NCBI GenBank assembly: GCA_951406725.2
Contig: OX597830.1
Location: forward strand, 59,458,001 to 59,522,000
Reading direction: 5' to 3'
DNA: 64,000 nucleotides
Source: Octopus vulgaris
Taxonomy: Eukaryota
The notes beneath the pieces are model-generated. The model did no database searches, was not told where the DNA came from, and was given only the letters and a program-made list of their open reading frames with translations. The position numbers and the translations under genes are program-made. Below are positions 37,368-51,636 of this stretch, in pieces. How positions within the stretch are numbered: the first letter of the stretch is position 1; every line of letters starts with the position of its first letter.

Positions 37368-39607
37368 TATTTAAAAGACTTTGTGGAAATTATTTGATAT
37401 AGTTTTACTAAGTATAAAAAAAGATCTTTTTAAAAATTATATTTTAAAAAAAGTTATAAATTCTTTATCAGAACACCACTAACCTTTTTGGAAGAGGTTT
37501 CTTCCTAGTGTTTGTGTGAGCGCTTTCAATTATCTTTTCAAATACATGTGTTCTTGGATAATGTATGATATTTATAGACATAATTTTGGTTCCAAATTTT
37601 GGCACAACACCAGCTATTTTGGAGGGAGGATGTAAGTCGATTACATCAACCCCAGTGTTCAGCTGGTACTTATTTTATCAACCCCAAAAATGATGAAAGG
37701 TAAAGTCTACCTTGACAGAATTTCAACTAAGAATGTAAAGTTAGATGAAATACCACTAGGCATTTTGCAGAGCGTGCTAACCATTCTGCCTTATATGATT
37801 ACTAATGTTGGTTCCAAATTTTGACACAAGGCTAGGAAATTTGGAGGATGGGGGTAAATCGATTACATCAACCCCAGTATGCAACTGGTAATATTTTATA
37901 GATTGTGAAAGGATGAAAGGCAAAGTCAACCTCAGTAGAATTTGAACTTACAACAAAGACACCTGAAATGCCGCTAACAGTTCCACCAGTTCACCACCTT
38001 AATATTATTACTAATATTAACTTCTAACATATACACAAGGCCTCAGGTTTTGAGGTACTTCAGTACTTGACTGGTGCTTATTTTGTCAACCTCACCCAAC
38101 TTCACAATATTTCAAGGCTTCAAGGAGCAACTGATCTTTCTTCATAAATTACAAGCAATTCTTGATGCAATTAATTTATTTTAATGAACATCTTTCCAAA
38201 TATCATTCTTAGTACTTGTATTTAAATATCATTTCAAATATCATTCTATCATAAATCAAATTATTAATTATCTTTTTAATAGGTTAATTGAGATAATCAA
38301 TAATACAGCTACGAAAGTACATTGACTTTGGACAAATACTCTAAATCCGTAACAGTTATTGATTCAATTCAACTTTGATGGTGTCCTTCTCTTTACTCCT
38401 TATTTTTCAATGACATTTTGTGGCTGGTTTTGTGGTTTATTTGTTATTAAAAGATGGAAGTCCAATCAATCACCTTTCCAACTTTGTCTTCCTAAAATGC
38501 AAAACCTATGTAACTGAAAGTGTTCTGTGAATGCACTTTCTTTCTTTTTAATGTAGTATTTTAGCCCTAGTGTAATATTGATTAAACAAGCGTAAGATCA
38601 AAGGCATTCCAACCATGACCATTTACCATCTATATCTGGGATTACATTGTATTTCGTTTTTCTTTTTTATGGTAGTAGAATTATCATAATAGAAGCGTTA
38701 GCGTAGCAGCTGTTTGTAAGAAGAGTATTAATTGCAGGTTTGACCCTCAATTATACATCTCATAACTGGATTTTGTTGCGTACTGGCACTGAAACAACAT
38801 GTATACACTAAGGTAAATTTAAGGGGCTGGTGTTCAAAAATTAAGCATCTCATGACTTGTTTTTAAATTTAAAATTAACATTTGAGGTGAAATATTTTCT
38901 AACTCTGAAGAAGGAATACATCCTTTTAGAAACAATCCAGCAGTTGTGGGTTATACGTGAGATTTCCTTTAGATGTTAGCAAGGATTACTAGAACCAGAA
39001 TTATGAAGATTTGGCCCTTTTAAATCTCTGACATTATGCTATTATATACTCACTCCTGTTGCAAAATACTTCTGGAATGTTAAGCTCTAAACCATTAATC
39101 TAATAACCCTACCTTTACACTTATACTAAATTCCAAGATATTTTGCAAAGTGGACCATGATGGCTTTCAAACCTTGTTGGGGTGCATTTCTTAAAGCTAT
39201 AAGAGACACATCGACTATTAATGGACTCCCCTCCTTGGCCCTTTCAACTCCAGACCTCAGACTGATGTACCAACTGTATTTATAGATTCTCCTGACAGGA
39301 CTACAATTAAATTTTGTAAATTAACAGTTCAGCAAAAGAGACTGAGTGATTAAGTGTCAGGCTTAAAAATAAAATGTAGTGGGGTCAATTCATTCATCTA
39401 AAATTCTTGAAAGCAGTGTCCCAGAATGGCTGAAGTCTAATGACTGAAACAAGTAAAAGATACAGATTCCAGTCACTTCCTTAGCCACCCTCCTATACTC
39501 ACCTCTCATGAATGAGATTCTCTTATTACCAAAGTAAGTTGAGGAGAATTTAAAAGAAGCTTCATCTCCCAATGAAATCTCTACTTACAGATTCTGCTGT
39601 CACTTAC

Positions 39608-39703
39608 CTGGCATCTACTCACCACATCTTCAACACATTTGCCAATTTCTAATACTAAGTTCTGAATTTCTACATCATTTTCAATAAAGTTTTGGTAATT
39701 TCC
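39608..39703 (-). CDS. Dynein exon 9: GNYQNFIENDVEIQNLVLEIGKCVEDVVSRCQ
   Basis: Acceptor ccttcag, donor gtaagt; 96 nt, phase 0-0. Confidence 0.88.
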
Positions 39704-40108
39704 CTGAAGGTAAAAAATGAAAATTTTTCAAACAGTTAATCGTAATTGCCAATAAATTATTAGCAACTGTTTGCCTAATTAAAAAAAAAAAAGAAATTAT
39801 GTATTCACAAAATAACTGTTTTGGCTACAATGGTATCAAAGGAAACTAATTGTAATCTAATTTTATGTTTACTCATTTTCTTTGTTAAATGTTAGCATTT
39901 TATATGAAATAGTCAAACATATCATTACACTTAGTTTGTATGTCTGAGTAGTCATGGCCGGAATGACTACGTCCATTTAATAAACATTATCTTTCTCTGT
40001 CTCTTTACTTGTTATGATTTATTTACTTTACAAGTTCCATTTATAAGCACACACACACAGGCATACACACTCACAAAATTAACAAAATACAGGATGTATG
40101 TAGGTATG

Positions 40109-40531
40109 CTCTCTTTTACTCTTTACTCTTTTATTTGTTTCAGTCATTTGACTGTGGCCATGCTGGAGCACCGTCTTTAGTCGAGCAAATCACCCCCAGG
40201 ACTTATTCTTTGTAAGCCCAGTACTTATTCTATTGGTTTCTTTTGCCGACCCACTAAGTTACGGGGACGTAAACACACCAGCATCGGTTGTCAAGCGATG
40301 TTGGGGTGACAAACACACACAAACATATACACACATATACATATATATATATATATCTACATATATACGACGGACTTCTTTCAGTTTCCGTCTACCAAAT
40401 CCTCTCACAAGGCTTTGGTTGGCCCGAAGCTATAGTAGAAGACACTTGCCCAAGGTGCCACGCAGTGGGACTGAACCCGGAACCATGTGGTTCATAAGCA
40501 AGCTACTTACCACACAGCCACTCCTATGCCT
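40109..40531 (-). mobile_element. SINE family A, full length
   Basis: Complete head (aggcataggagtggctgtgtggtaag) to tail (aagagtaaaagag). Confidence 0.92.
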
Positions 40532-41370
40532 ATGTATAAATTCTCTTTGAGTTTAATTTAAGTTCTTCTTGAGAGAGTTCAAGCCAGTTGCTAACAAAAT
40601 GACAAGACTGAGTTAAGACAGATCCTGGTGTTTGTAAGTATGTGGTTGAGTGTTGAGTATTGGTTGAACTGTTGATACACCCATGTGAAGAATTTTGGGG
40701 ATGTCTTACAAATTTACATTGTGCCACTAATAGATTGGATTTGGAAAATCCAAATCAATTTCTTTTGCTCTTTTTCCATGAAACCAGGCATTTCTAGGTT
40801 CTTGTGCAAATTTGTTCATATATAACCCAATGCACCTATGATAGATACAAATGAGAATTCATAGTCAAGGTACAAGAGCCATAAGTTCCACATTAATTTG
40901 CCATAAATGTTCTCTTTTTCCTGGACTTTTGATTGTATATTCATGTCTGTTGGGCAGTTGACTACTACAACAGTGCATGGCTTTTGTTCCTTGCCTCATA
41001 GAACAATGTCAGGTCTCTTATGTTTGCACAGGCTTGCTGTTTTATTGGCCTCTATAAGGGACTAAGTCAATAGTCATTGAAAAGGTTGCAAGAAGCAACA
41101 AAAGAGCTTTGACATACAGAAACAAAAACAATCAGATATTTAATAAAAGAATGGAATTGTGCCAGTGTGTGTGTATTAATTATATTGGCATAACGACTCT
41201 CCCTAGACACAACAAAGTATAATTATATTATCTTAGAAAATAGCAAACCTTAAGTATGCATGTTAGAAGCTATCTGCAATAAAAGGTAGTCATAATTTGT
41301 ACCTTATCTTTAGGGCTTTATAATGAGAAAGTAACATTTGACCCAAACACACAGTTAATGAGTGTCTTAC

Positions 41371-41544
41371 CTGTTCACTGTACAAAGGTAGAAAAGAAAC
41401 CAGTTCAAGTAAGTCAGTGATCCATAAGTGAATCACTTCACGTATACTTAGTGAATTGATGGTCTGCTCCAGGACAGGTTCAAACACAATGGCATTAGCC
41501 ACCAAAAGGACATTTACGATAAGAAATGGAACTGACGTTACATC
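41371..41544 (-). CDS. Dynein exon 8: DVTSVPFLIVNVLLVANAIVFEPVLEQTINSLSIREVIHLWITDLLELVSFLPLYSEQ
   Basis: Acceptor attctag, donor gtaaga; 174 nt, phase 0-0. 'P.l.....L....i.F.P.l' motif. Confidence 0.9.
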
Positions 41545-43012
41545 CTAGAATACAAAGAAATACAAATGGCATAAGATTTTTTTTAGTTATTTAAGATTGC
41601 TTAAAAACTACTGCAAGGAGCAGTGCTACTCTAGATGGGATGAGAAACCAGGTCCTTATCATCGTGAACCCAACACTCTAATGATTAGGCCATATGCTTT
41701 AACACACACAAGCAAACATAATCTGTGGGAAAGCATGTGTCTTCTGGTTAAGTCATTCGCTTCACAACTACAATTTCTCTGGTTCAATTTCTCTCTGATG
41801 AAGGATTCTCTTCCTTAGACATGTCTTCTTCCTCATAGCATACAATTTATTCATTTGCTTGAATTATGTATATTAATAATTAATTGCCAACAAAGAACAT
41901 GACTAGTTTCCTTAGATTCTAATACTGTACAGTATGGTCTTGTTAGAGTAAGATGATTGGGCATAGGTGTTTGGAATACCTGACTGGACACCAAACCTGT
42001 TTTGCTGTCTTGGTAACAGTACTTTTTGGCACTGGAGGCAAACACACCCACATGCAAACAAGTGCAGAAATAAATGCATACAGATAGGGAGAGAGAGACA
42101 TTACAATTTAATAATTGAACATATCTGACTTAAACACTTTACCTCTCCTCACTCACAAGAAGAGAGAGAGAGAGAGAGAGAGAGGTGGAGAGAGAATGAG
42201 AAATACATTATTTACAAACAACAGATACAAGTGTTACCAATTGAAAGCAAGCTTCACATATGAGACTCTACCTGTTTTATGGAATCATCAGGAAAGAATG
42301 CATGCCATTTCAGGGCCTTTCTCACAACAGCATTATTGCACACCCGCAACCCCTCCCTCACGGAGATGAGGCCCCACTTGCTAGATCAACAGGTTATTAG
42401 GCTTCACTCAATACCCTTGTAACCATTGCTCATCATCTCTTTTTAACCAAATCCAATGGCTTTCTTTCTCCACTATAGCTATGATATTTACTTTAGGATG
42501 AGTTCGTCCTAGTGACAACAACCATCACCGCATACTACTTCCAATGAATCCTTTATGTCCAACTTCAGTTGGGTAATGTTTTGCTCCTCAGCTTGTATCT
42601 TCATATTCCTCGAGGAGATGTTCATAACGGTCAATCTTTCGAGTCCAAGTAGCATCCATGTTATCTTCAATGGACACCATCATCTTAACCAGAGTTACCA
42701 CCTCCTTTTCTTAATATGGTCTGATAATATGGTGTGATAATGTGCTTTGATAATGTCTGATGTCAAATAAGTCAAGTGTTGAATGGGCATTGCCAAAGAG
42801 GCAGTCAAATGGCTGTCTCAAAATGTCACATAGCCACTGATCTTGTAGCTCCATTTTTAAAGATTAATCATTATAATTTTGTGATATTTGTCTCTTTCAT
42901 GTATTAATAATTTATGTTGTTGTCATTGTTGTTGTTCAACTCTGTATCAGCCCTGATCAAGCAGAACTAAGGTCAAATATGTTCCAGTTGCGACCATTCT
43001 AGCTTAGTTGCT

Positions 43013-43226
43013 TATTTCTTTATTGCTCACAAGGGGCTAAACACAGAAGGGACAAACAAGGACAGACAAAAAGATTAAGTCGATTACATTGACCCCAGTG
43101 TATAACTGGTACTTAATTTATTGACCCCAAAAGGGTGAAAGGCAAAGTCGACCTCGGCGGAATTTAAACTTAGAACATAACTGCAGACGAAATACCGCTA
43201 AGCATTTCGCCCAGCTCACCACCTTA
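43013..43226 (-). mobile_element. SINE family B
   Basis: Reverse complement of the 4693-4925 consensus. Confidence 0.85.
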
Positions 43227-43617
43227 GTTGCTGTTATTGTTATTGTTGCACCCCAGCTCAGCTATAATTGGGCTGATCTATAAACAAAGGCATTCCAGTT
43301 ATGACCTCTCTGTCATGTGTTTAGGAATAATGTGTCTCGGACTATATTGTTTAATGTGATCTTTTTTTCGCTGATACAGTGGAGTGCAAGATTTGAAACA
43401 GATTTGGCTACGACTATAAAAAGTTCCCCTTTTTGATTCATCTTTGGTTTCATGGAACCATTCAGAATTTAATGCACTCCAAAAATTGAAATCTCTTCTT
43501 GTAATTTATATTGCTCATAAAATCCATAATTTCTGTCAATATAATTAAGTATATCATTTTTAATTATGTCTCTTCCATACCAGTTATTTTGATAAAGTAA
43601 TTAAGTAATTATCTTAC

Positions 43618-43761
43618 CTTTGAAGCAGAATTACCAGAGAGGAAGGATAACAATATGCTGAGCTGAGACTGGATTGCATTCTTTAAACCATCGATAATAA
43701 TCTGATCTACGTGTAGCAGGTAGTCTTGCCAACATGGGGATATTTCACTGACATCAAGAAC
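43618..43761 (-). CDS. Dynein exon 7: VLDVSEISPCWQDYLLHVDQIIIDGLKNAIQSQLSILLSFLSGNSASK
   Basis: Acceptor ttataag, donor gtaaga; 144 nt, phase 0-0. 'S..W..Y...vD.ii.dGl..ai..SL' motif of axonemal DHC tails. Confidence 0.92.
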
Positions 43762-44531
43762 CTTATAAACAAGGGAAAAAATAACATTTAAAAATGTCAC
43801 AGTTATTAATATTGTGCTGCAGAAAATAAATGAAATCCTCCATCATTGTCGTCCTCATCATTGTAGTCATTATTAATATCGTAGAATCATTAGCAGACTG
43901 GCAGAATCATTAGCACACTAAGTAAAATACTGAGTTCAAATTTTGCCGCGGTTGACTTTGCCTTTCATCCACTCAAGGTCAGTAAAATAAGCTTACAAAT
44001 GCTGCAAAAGCTTATGAATGCTGCAGAGATGTGGTTCCTTGGATAAATACTAAAAATATACAACTAAAGTAACAAAGGTTGCAGTCCTTTAATGAGCAGA
44101 AACCAACAGAAATCTTCTTGGGTAGACGAGGGCAACAGACAAAGCTCAGTGGATAAGATATGAAAAGACAAACCCTTGAGACGTTGGTGACCAATGGAAA
44201 ACTGAAAAGAAGAAACCAGAGAGGAGAAAACGTTGGAAAGATAAATTTTGTTCTTGGTTATGATGACAATGATGATGAAGATGGCAAGTAATATTTATTG
44301 TGATGCCCACTTAAGAATAGAACCTATTTTATGGTCAAAATAGCTAGATTTGGCCTCTCATACTTACCTAACAATATCATTCTAGAAATAAAGAATCACA
44401 TCATCAAAATCTCAAAGCTACAAGATAATGCATGATAAGATTAATTCAAAACAATGTGAATAAATATAGGCATTTTATTCAACAGAGTGATCTGAATGCT
44501 AAGGGGTTAATATAAGACAAATTAAAGTAGT

Positions 44532-44845
44532 TACGAGGGTCAGCTGTAATGTTCATAGGTTTACCAAGATACGTAGTGGAATATGACTAAATGAGGTTTA
44601 GTTTTCACCATAATTCCCCTTGCAGTCCCCGCACTTCTTCCATCAGTGCTGCAGTGCTTGGATCCCATTGGTGAAGAAGCTTTCGTCCTGTTGGTCAAAA
44701 AAGTCCTCAACAGCAGATACGATGCCATCATCCTTGCAATACTGGTTTCCAGCCAAGTGTTTTCCATGTTGGGGAAGAGATGAGAGTCAGATGGGGAATG
44801 GTGAGGGCGATTAACCAGTCCAGAGCCAGTCAAGCACAGCAGCTA
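44532..44845 (-). mobile_element. Mariner transposase C-terminal relic with terminal TACGAGGG
   Basis: Fragments PSDSHLFPNM and AVEDFFDQQDESFFTNGIQAL..WKKC..CKGNY; TA-CGAGGG end. Confidence 0.82.
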
Positions 44846-45675
44846 TTAAATATTTATGTAAAGCTTATTTTGTTGCCTGTAACAAACATTCAATTTAACA
44901 AGAGAGAATGAGGCCCAAATGAATTTGTGCTTTTATATTTCATAACAATTAGCTGACCACCGCCATCAGTTTTTCTATCAAAATAAAGCAAAAAAAGAAG
45001 TCTTCTTCATGACTGTATCATTTTCACCAGAAATCATGTTATAATGCTCCAGCACAACGAACTAGAACAAGCACTACTGATCAGCAGTCAAAGATAAAAG
45101 TGGGACAAATGCTGTGAATGGATGAAAATATGATGGTGGTTGAGGAGACCTGGCATGTAAGCATAAGATTTTTGATCAAAAGGATATGAAAGGAAAGTTC
45201 ACACCCAGAACTTTCTAATTATATATAATCGTTGTCCACTGAAAAATTGTATTTTTACAAAAAAAAATGATGAAGCAAAATGTGGGTTTTTGTGAGGTCA
45301 AACTGCTTGTTGCTCATTCTGTGGAACTTTACAGTGGTGCCTAATTAATAGAATAAGATATGAAGAGGAGGTCGACAGGCATCAAGTCATCTATAATATA
45401 CAGAGGAGGGTACAGAAATATATAAATTGAGCAGGAAATCAATAGAATCCAGAAGGTGAAAGTTCAAAGCAATTAGGCATAGACAGGTACAAATTCAGGA
45501 AATTCATTCAGTAATGTCATTGATGAAACAGAAGAAAACGCCTATTTGATATTTCATTATCTCTGTTCATAATTACTAATTAAATTTTTTTTCCCAAGAC
45601 AAATTTAATACATTTCAATGCATTGTAGAGTGTTTTAACTCTTCCCTTAGTTTATATATAACTTTGCTATGTTAA

Positions 45676-45919
45676 AAGCACCAACCGATCGTGGCCGATG
45701 CCAGACCCTGCCCCCTGGCACCTGTGCAGGTGGCACGTAAAAAGCACCCACTACACTCACGGAGTGGTTGGCGTTAGGAAGGGCATCCAGCCGTAGAAAT
45801 ACTGCCAGATCAGACTGGAGCCTGGTGCAGCCTTCTGGCTTCCCAGACTCCGGTCGAACCGTCTAACCCATGCTAGCGCGGAAAACAGACGTTAAACGAT
45901 GATGATGATGATGATGATG
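45676..45919 (+). mobile_element. SINE-like family C, young copy
   Basis: ggtggcacgtaaaaagcaccc...ggcgttaggaagggcatccagccgtagaaa...aacgatgatgat. Confidence 0.87.
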
Positions 45920-46153
45920 AATACATGCAAATAAATGGGTCCTGGTAGCAATAAAGATTGTTGCTGTTGTTAGTTATGGTAGTGGAGGCAGAGGGGAGTG
46001 ATGGTAGAGGGGAGTGGGGGGGATCAGTAAAGTGTTGGAATGTCTCTGATCAAAGGGTCTTCTGAATTAAGAATTGACCTCAAGTAAAACAACAACAATA
46101 ATAATAGCTATTATCAAACATATTACCAAGATTTCAGATAAGACAGTACTTAC

Positions 46154-46232
46154 CTGTAACGAAGATTTTAACAAAGAATCAATCCTGTGATTAGATGGTA
46201 GAAGAACTTCTTTGAGATTCTTTAAAATGGTA
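46154..46232 (-). CDS. Dynein exon 6: TILKNLKEVLLPSNHRIDSLLKSSLQ
   Basis: Acceptor tatttag, donor gtaagt; 79 nt, phase 2-0. Confidence 0.85.
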
Positions 46233-46786
46233 CTAAATAAGATAGAGATAGAGAGAAGGGTGAGTGAAAGAGGGAGAAAGCTGTCTATGCTATAATCGTT
46301 AAGAATTATACTCGGATTAAATGAATTTGTAAAGAACAGCAGTGGTGCCCCAGCATGGCCGCAGCTTTCTGGCTAAAACATTTTAAGGATTTAAGGATTT
46401 AACTAATGAACGAAGGTGTGTGTGTGTGTGTGTTTGTGTGTGTGAGTGTGTGTGTGTGTGTGTCCTTGTGTCTGTGTTTGTCCCCACCACCATCATTTGA
46501 CAATCAACCGGTGTTAGTGTGTTTATGTCCCCATAACTTAGCAGTCAGCAAAATATTTTGATAGAATAAGCACTAGGCTGAAAAGGAATAAGTCTTCCTG
46601 TCAAAAAGATACTCTTCCTGTCACCAACCTTCACCTGTTTTTGAAGCAAGTTAATGTTTCCCCATTGCCAGACATGTTTTTACGGCATATTGTAAATGAG
46701 TGACACTCGTTTACAACAATGATGCAATGTTGAGACTAAGAGACATAAAAATACACGCATTCATACATATACACATACATTTATAT

Positions 46787-47165
46787 ATTCTTTTATTTGT
46801 TTCAGTCATTTGACTGTGGCCATGCAGGAGCACCACCTTTAATCGAACAAATCGACCCCAGGACTTATTTATTGTAAGCCTAGTACTTATTCTATCAGTC
46901 CTTTTTCCCAAACTGCTAGGTTACAGGGATGTAAACACACCAGAATTCGCCATCAAGCAAAGGGGGACAGACACACAAACATATACACACACATATATAT
47001 ATACAATGGGCTTCTTTGTTTCCATCTATCAAATCCACTCGCAAGGCTCTGGTCAGCCAGAGGCTTTAGTAGAAAACACTTGTCCAAGGTGCCATGCAGT
47101 GGGACTGAACCTGGAACTATGTGGTTGGTAAACAAGCTAACTACTACACAGCCACTCCTGTGTCT
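46787..47165 (-). mobile_element. SINE family A
   Basis: Matches the family A consensus. Confidence 0.88.
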
Positions 47166-47234
47166 ATATATGTACAGGAGTTTGCATAAAAACATAAATC
47201 CAGAGAAGCACATTCTAAGAAGTAGAGCAGTTAA

Positions 47235-47391
47235 TATAATGGAGGAAGCCGGTTTATGGGGTTACCCCGGGTTTCCCATCCATAAGAGGTCTTAGGCCAA
47301 CAGGTTTGGGGTCTGCTGATATGCCATAAAGCCAAACCCCTTATGGACAGGAAACCCAGGGTAACCCCATAAACCAGCCTCCTCCATTATA
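47235..47391. mobile_element. Fold-back MITE with ~55-bp TIRs, TA-flanked
   Basis: TATAATGGAGGAAGCCGGTTTATGGGGTTACCCCGGGTTTCC... / ...GGAAACCCAGGGTAACCCCATAAACCAGCCTCCTCCATTATA. Confidence 0.8.
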
Positions 47392-47639
47392 ACACACACA
47401 CACACACACACGTATATATATATCATTATCATCTTTATCTAATGTCCATAGTTCATACTGGCATGGGACAATTTAACCAGGGCTGGCAAGCTGAGGAGCT
47501 GCACCCAACCACTTTACAGTGCATGGTGGGTGCTTTTACATGGCACTGGACAGGTGCTTTTATGCGGGACCACACAAGCACTTTTACATGACACCACCAT
47601 GAGTGCTTTTTATGTGGCACCAGCCTAGGATTCTTGTGG

Positions 47640-48590
47640 ATCAGTCCTCACCACTGCTGAGATCAGTCTTAACACTTCTGCTGCAGAGTACAGGTCTTCT
47701 TGAGTACAACAAGGTGTTAGGCATCTCAGTCCTATGTCATCTCACCTGAAAGGTTCAGCTTCCTGAGATTGTTGTTCAGTACTTCATCCCATGCTTTCCT
47801 GGGTCTCCCACTTCCATGTTTTCCATCCACTTTCAGAGAGCAGCACTTCTTTATGTAGCTGTTAACATCCATGACCAAATCAGTGCAGTCTTCTCTCTTG
47901 CACACTGCAACTAATTCCTCTTATGCCTAACATATCTCTCAAAGCACTAACACTCTGTCGAACATGTACACCTACATTACACATCCAGCAGAGCATACTA
48001 ACCTCATTCCTTTCTAACCTTTGGATATCTTCTGTATGTTCTCTTTTTCCTGGACTTTTGATTGTATATTCATGTCTACTGGCCCACATCTCACCACCAT
48101 GTAGAATTGCTGTCCATATACATGCATCATACAATCTTCCTTTCATTCAGAGAGAGAAACCATTCATAGCCAACAGAGGTAACAGCTCTTTGAATTTCTT
48201 TATCCTATTCTTATTCTTGCTATTCTACTCTCTGTGCATCCTCCTGCATGACTAATTTGGTCCCTAAGCTAGCAGAAATTATACACTACTTTTCATGAGC
48301 CACCAAGTCATTTGAGAGAATCAATTTCCTGAGTTTCTATTATTTTTATGGATCCGGTGTATCTTCCACATATGAACACTACCTTCTCTGGTAATCTTCT
48401 TATTAATCTACTGCAGTTCTTGTGTGCCCATACCTTACACTAGATACACCATATGGAGTTCTTGCCTACACCTTTTCTACAGGGCCACCACATACCTGAA
48501 GTGGGTAGGGTCCTGTCAGTTTTCTTGCTTACTAGGACTTTGACCCTTAGATTCCAGATTTTGCTTCCACACCTGGAATTTCTCTTCGAG
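47640..48590 (-). mobile_element. Decayed RTE LINE 3' part
   Basis: KGRLYDACIWTAILHGGEMW...LERNEVSMLCWMCNV...VQERRLH. Confidence 0.87.
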
Positions 48591-49253
48591 CCTTAATGGA
48601 GCCATACTTGTATACCAAATTCTTCGCTGTACTCATGGTTAACTCACACCTGTATATATTTCCCTCAAGCATTGTGTGACTAATAACCTGGTGTAGAACT
48701 CAATACACGTATGCTTCAGAATTAAAGTGCGCGATGAGTTTAGAGCAGTAATAAGAAATTGAGATGACAAATAAATGATTATCTTCTGAACTTCATTAGC
48801 TTGCAGCTGTTTCTGCTATAAGTTGCAGCAGATTCATAGTTGAGTGCCTGAGTAACATTTTACAGCTTATAAATTGCACTTCATATTCAAGGCTCCAAAG
48901 CTTATGAAGTTCATAAAATAATTGTTTATTCCTTTGTAATCTCATTTGTATATTGGAAATAATCAAGATTCAGTTGAATTAGGTACTTAAGTCGAGGCAC
49001 CAAGTCAGTCTGGTATTATCTGCAACAACTCGAAATAAGATGAATAAAAAGCATATAAGTAACAAGGATGTAAAGGTATTAGTACCGTAATGCACTAATA
49101 CTTTGACATCCTTGTTAATTATTTGCTTTATATATATATATATATATCAATAATAATAAAGGGTAAAATTAATGAATTTATTTTATTAATAATTAATAAT
49201 TTTACCAAGTAGTTCAGCATGTTAAAAGAACCATTATCGGTAAACTTAAACAA

Positions 49254-49614
49254 AAATTCTTATAATTATGGGTCTGATTATAATTAGGGCTCAGCAAAAA
49301 AATTTGCTTCACCTCATCCTGAAATTTAGAAATAGCAGCCAAAGCTGGCTATTTCTCTACCATAAGAAAATCTCCCGGACAACAATACTCAACAACCCAC
49401 CTAGGCAAAGAGAAAAAAACGTATCCACAGTTAATCTAAGCTGAGTGGATTCGTTATTTTTTCTCTTTGCCTAGGTGGGTTGTTGAGTATTGTTGTCTGG
49501 GAGATTTTCTTATGGTAGAGAAATAGCTAGTTTTGGCTGCTATTTCTAAATTTCAGTATGTGGTGGAGCAAATTTTTTGCTGAACCCTAATTATACTCAT
49601 ACTTATAAGAATTT
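49254..49614. repeat. Long inverted repeat (core arms ~150 bp, 16-nt loop)
   Basis: 49279-49428 is the near-perfect reverse complement of 49445-49595. Confidence 0.9.
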
Positions 49615-49862
49615 ATATATATATATATGCACGCGCACACACACACACACACACATGCACACACGCACACACGTGGCTTCTTTCAGTTTCCATCTACCAA
49701 ATACCCTCTCATGACTTTCGTTTTTATGTTTGCATGAATACTGTTTACGTATAGAAACACTGTTTATCTATCTATGGACTACATATGATACAATACTCTT
49801 CAATAAAAATTAGATAGCCAAAGCTATTTTAAAAACTGATATTAAAATAACAAAATATTTAC

Positions 49863-50089
49863 ATTTCAAACCGTTTCAGTTGTTCCATAGTCAATGGTTG
49901 TTGGTCAAAAGGAAGCTGTGGTGAGTAAAGTATCCAGCTGGATGTTGTTTCAACAATAGAGTTATGATTAGACTGAACGGTTTCCAGACTTTGATAAACA
50001 TCATTGCAAACAAGAGACATTGCTGATTCAATAAAATCTAATGATTCTTTCATCTTCCAAGTTATGTGCTGAAGGCCATCGTTAATTAG
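49863..50089 (-). CDS. Dynein exon 5: LINDGLQHITWKMKESLDFIESAMSLVCNDV...MEQLKRFE
   Basis: Acceptor attgcag, donor gtaaat; 227 nt, phase 0-2. 'GL..lTW' motif at the end of DHC_N1. Confidence 0.9.
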
Positions 50090-50560
50090 CTGCAATTAAT
50101 GAATAAGTTAATTATATTTGTCAAAAACAACTTTGAGTAAAATTTTTAATACTGTAATCTCCCCAAAACATTGACTCATTAGAATTTCCATCTTATCCAT
50201 GTTTTCTGCAATCATTGACTTTCAAGGTGAACATAAATTGCACAAGAAGACCTGCAAAGATTACTGTGCAGCCCCTTCCTTCCAACATGAGAATTTTAAA
50301 AGGTCCTCGTGGAAAAACCCACAGAAGCCACGGGCACCTGATCAATGGGGCAAGAGCCCTTCTCCTTTTATGTTTCACAGGTGCATGTTCAGAACTGGTC
50401 CTTTCACACTGACCATTCTTCCAACATTCACCCACCTTTCAACAAACTTGCTACAAGGCAACACTTCTCTCTCTACCCTCAACTTGCTTTTCAAATGAAA
50501 CTTGAAGGCTTGGCCAAAGAGGAAAGTGTCTGACTTTAGCCCTTTCAAACAAGTCCACCA

Positions 50561-51213
<653 letters not shown>

Positions 51214-51237
51214 AATAATAATAATAATAATAATAAT

Positions 51238-51510
51238 GGTACTCTTAAATACTGTGGACGAATACTGGGAAACCTAAAAGCATCAGAACTACAAAAAGTT
51301 GTTCTCTTGAGTACTGTCTGCATTGTATGAAAAACTTTGTCAACCTGAAAATAAATAATTCTTTTAAAACTCTTTCAAAAGCAAAATATTAATTTAACAG
51401 TTCTCAGATTCTGGTCTCCTTTCCCAACTCTACATCATTGGTAATCATAAAATGACATTCATAATATACTGTTACTTGAGGTCTCAGGGCAAGACTTGGA
51501 ACAAGCCATA
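51238..51510 (+). mobile_element. 3' end of a restriction-like-endonuclease (R4/Dong-like) non-LTR element
   Basis: GNLKASELQKVVLLSTVCIV*KTLST resembles the 'LQK.vLLgTarilrk.L' C-terminus. Confidence 0.6.
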
Positions 51511-51636
51511 TAAAAATTAAGTAAATACTGATAACGATGAAGATGGTGGTGGTGGTGGTGGTGACAATGATGACTACGATGATGATGGTATAATTAATAT
51601 GGGACATTAGAAACTATCAACTAGTGACCAACTTAC

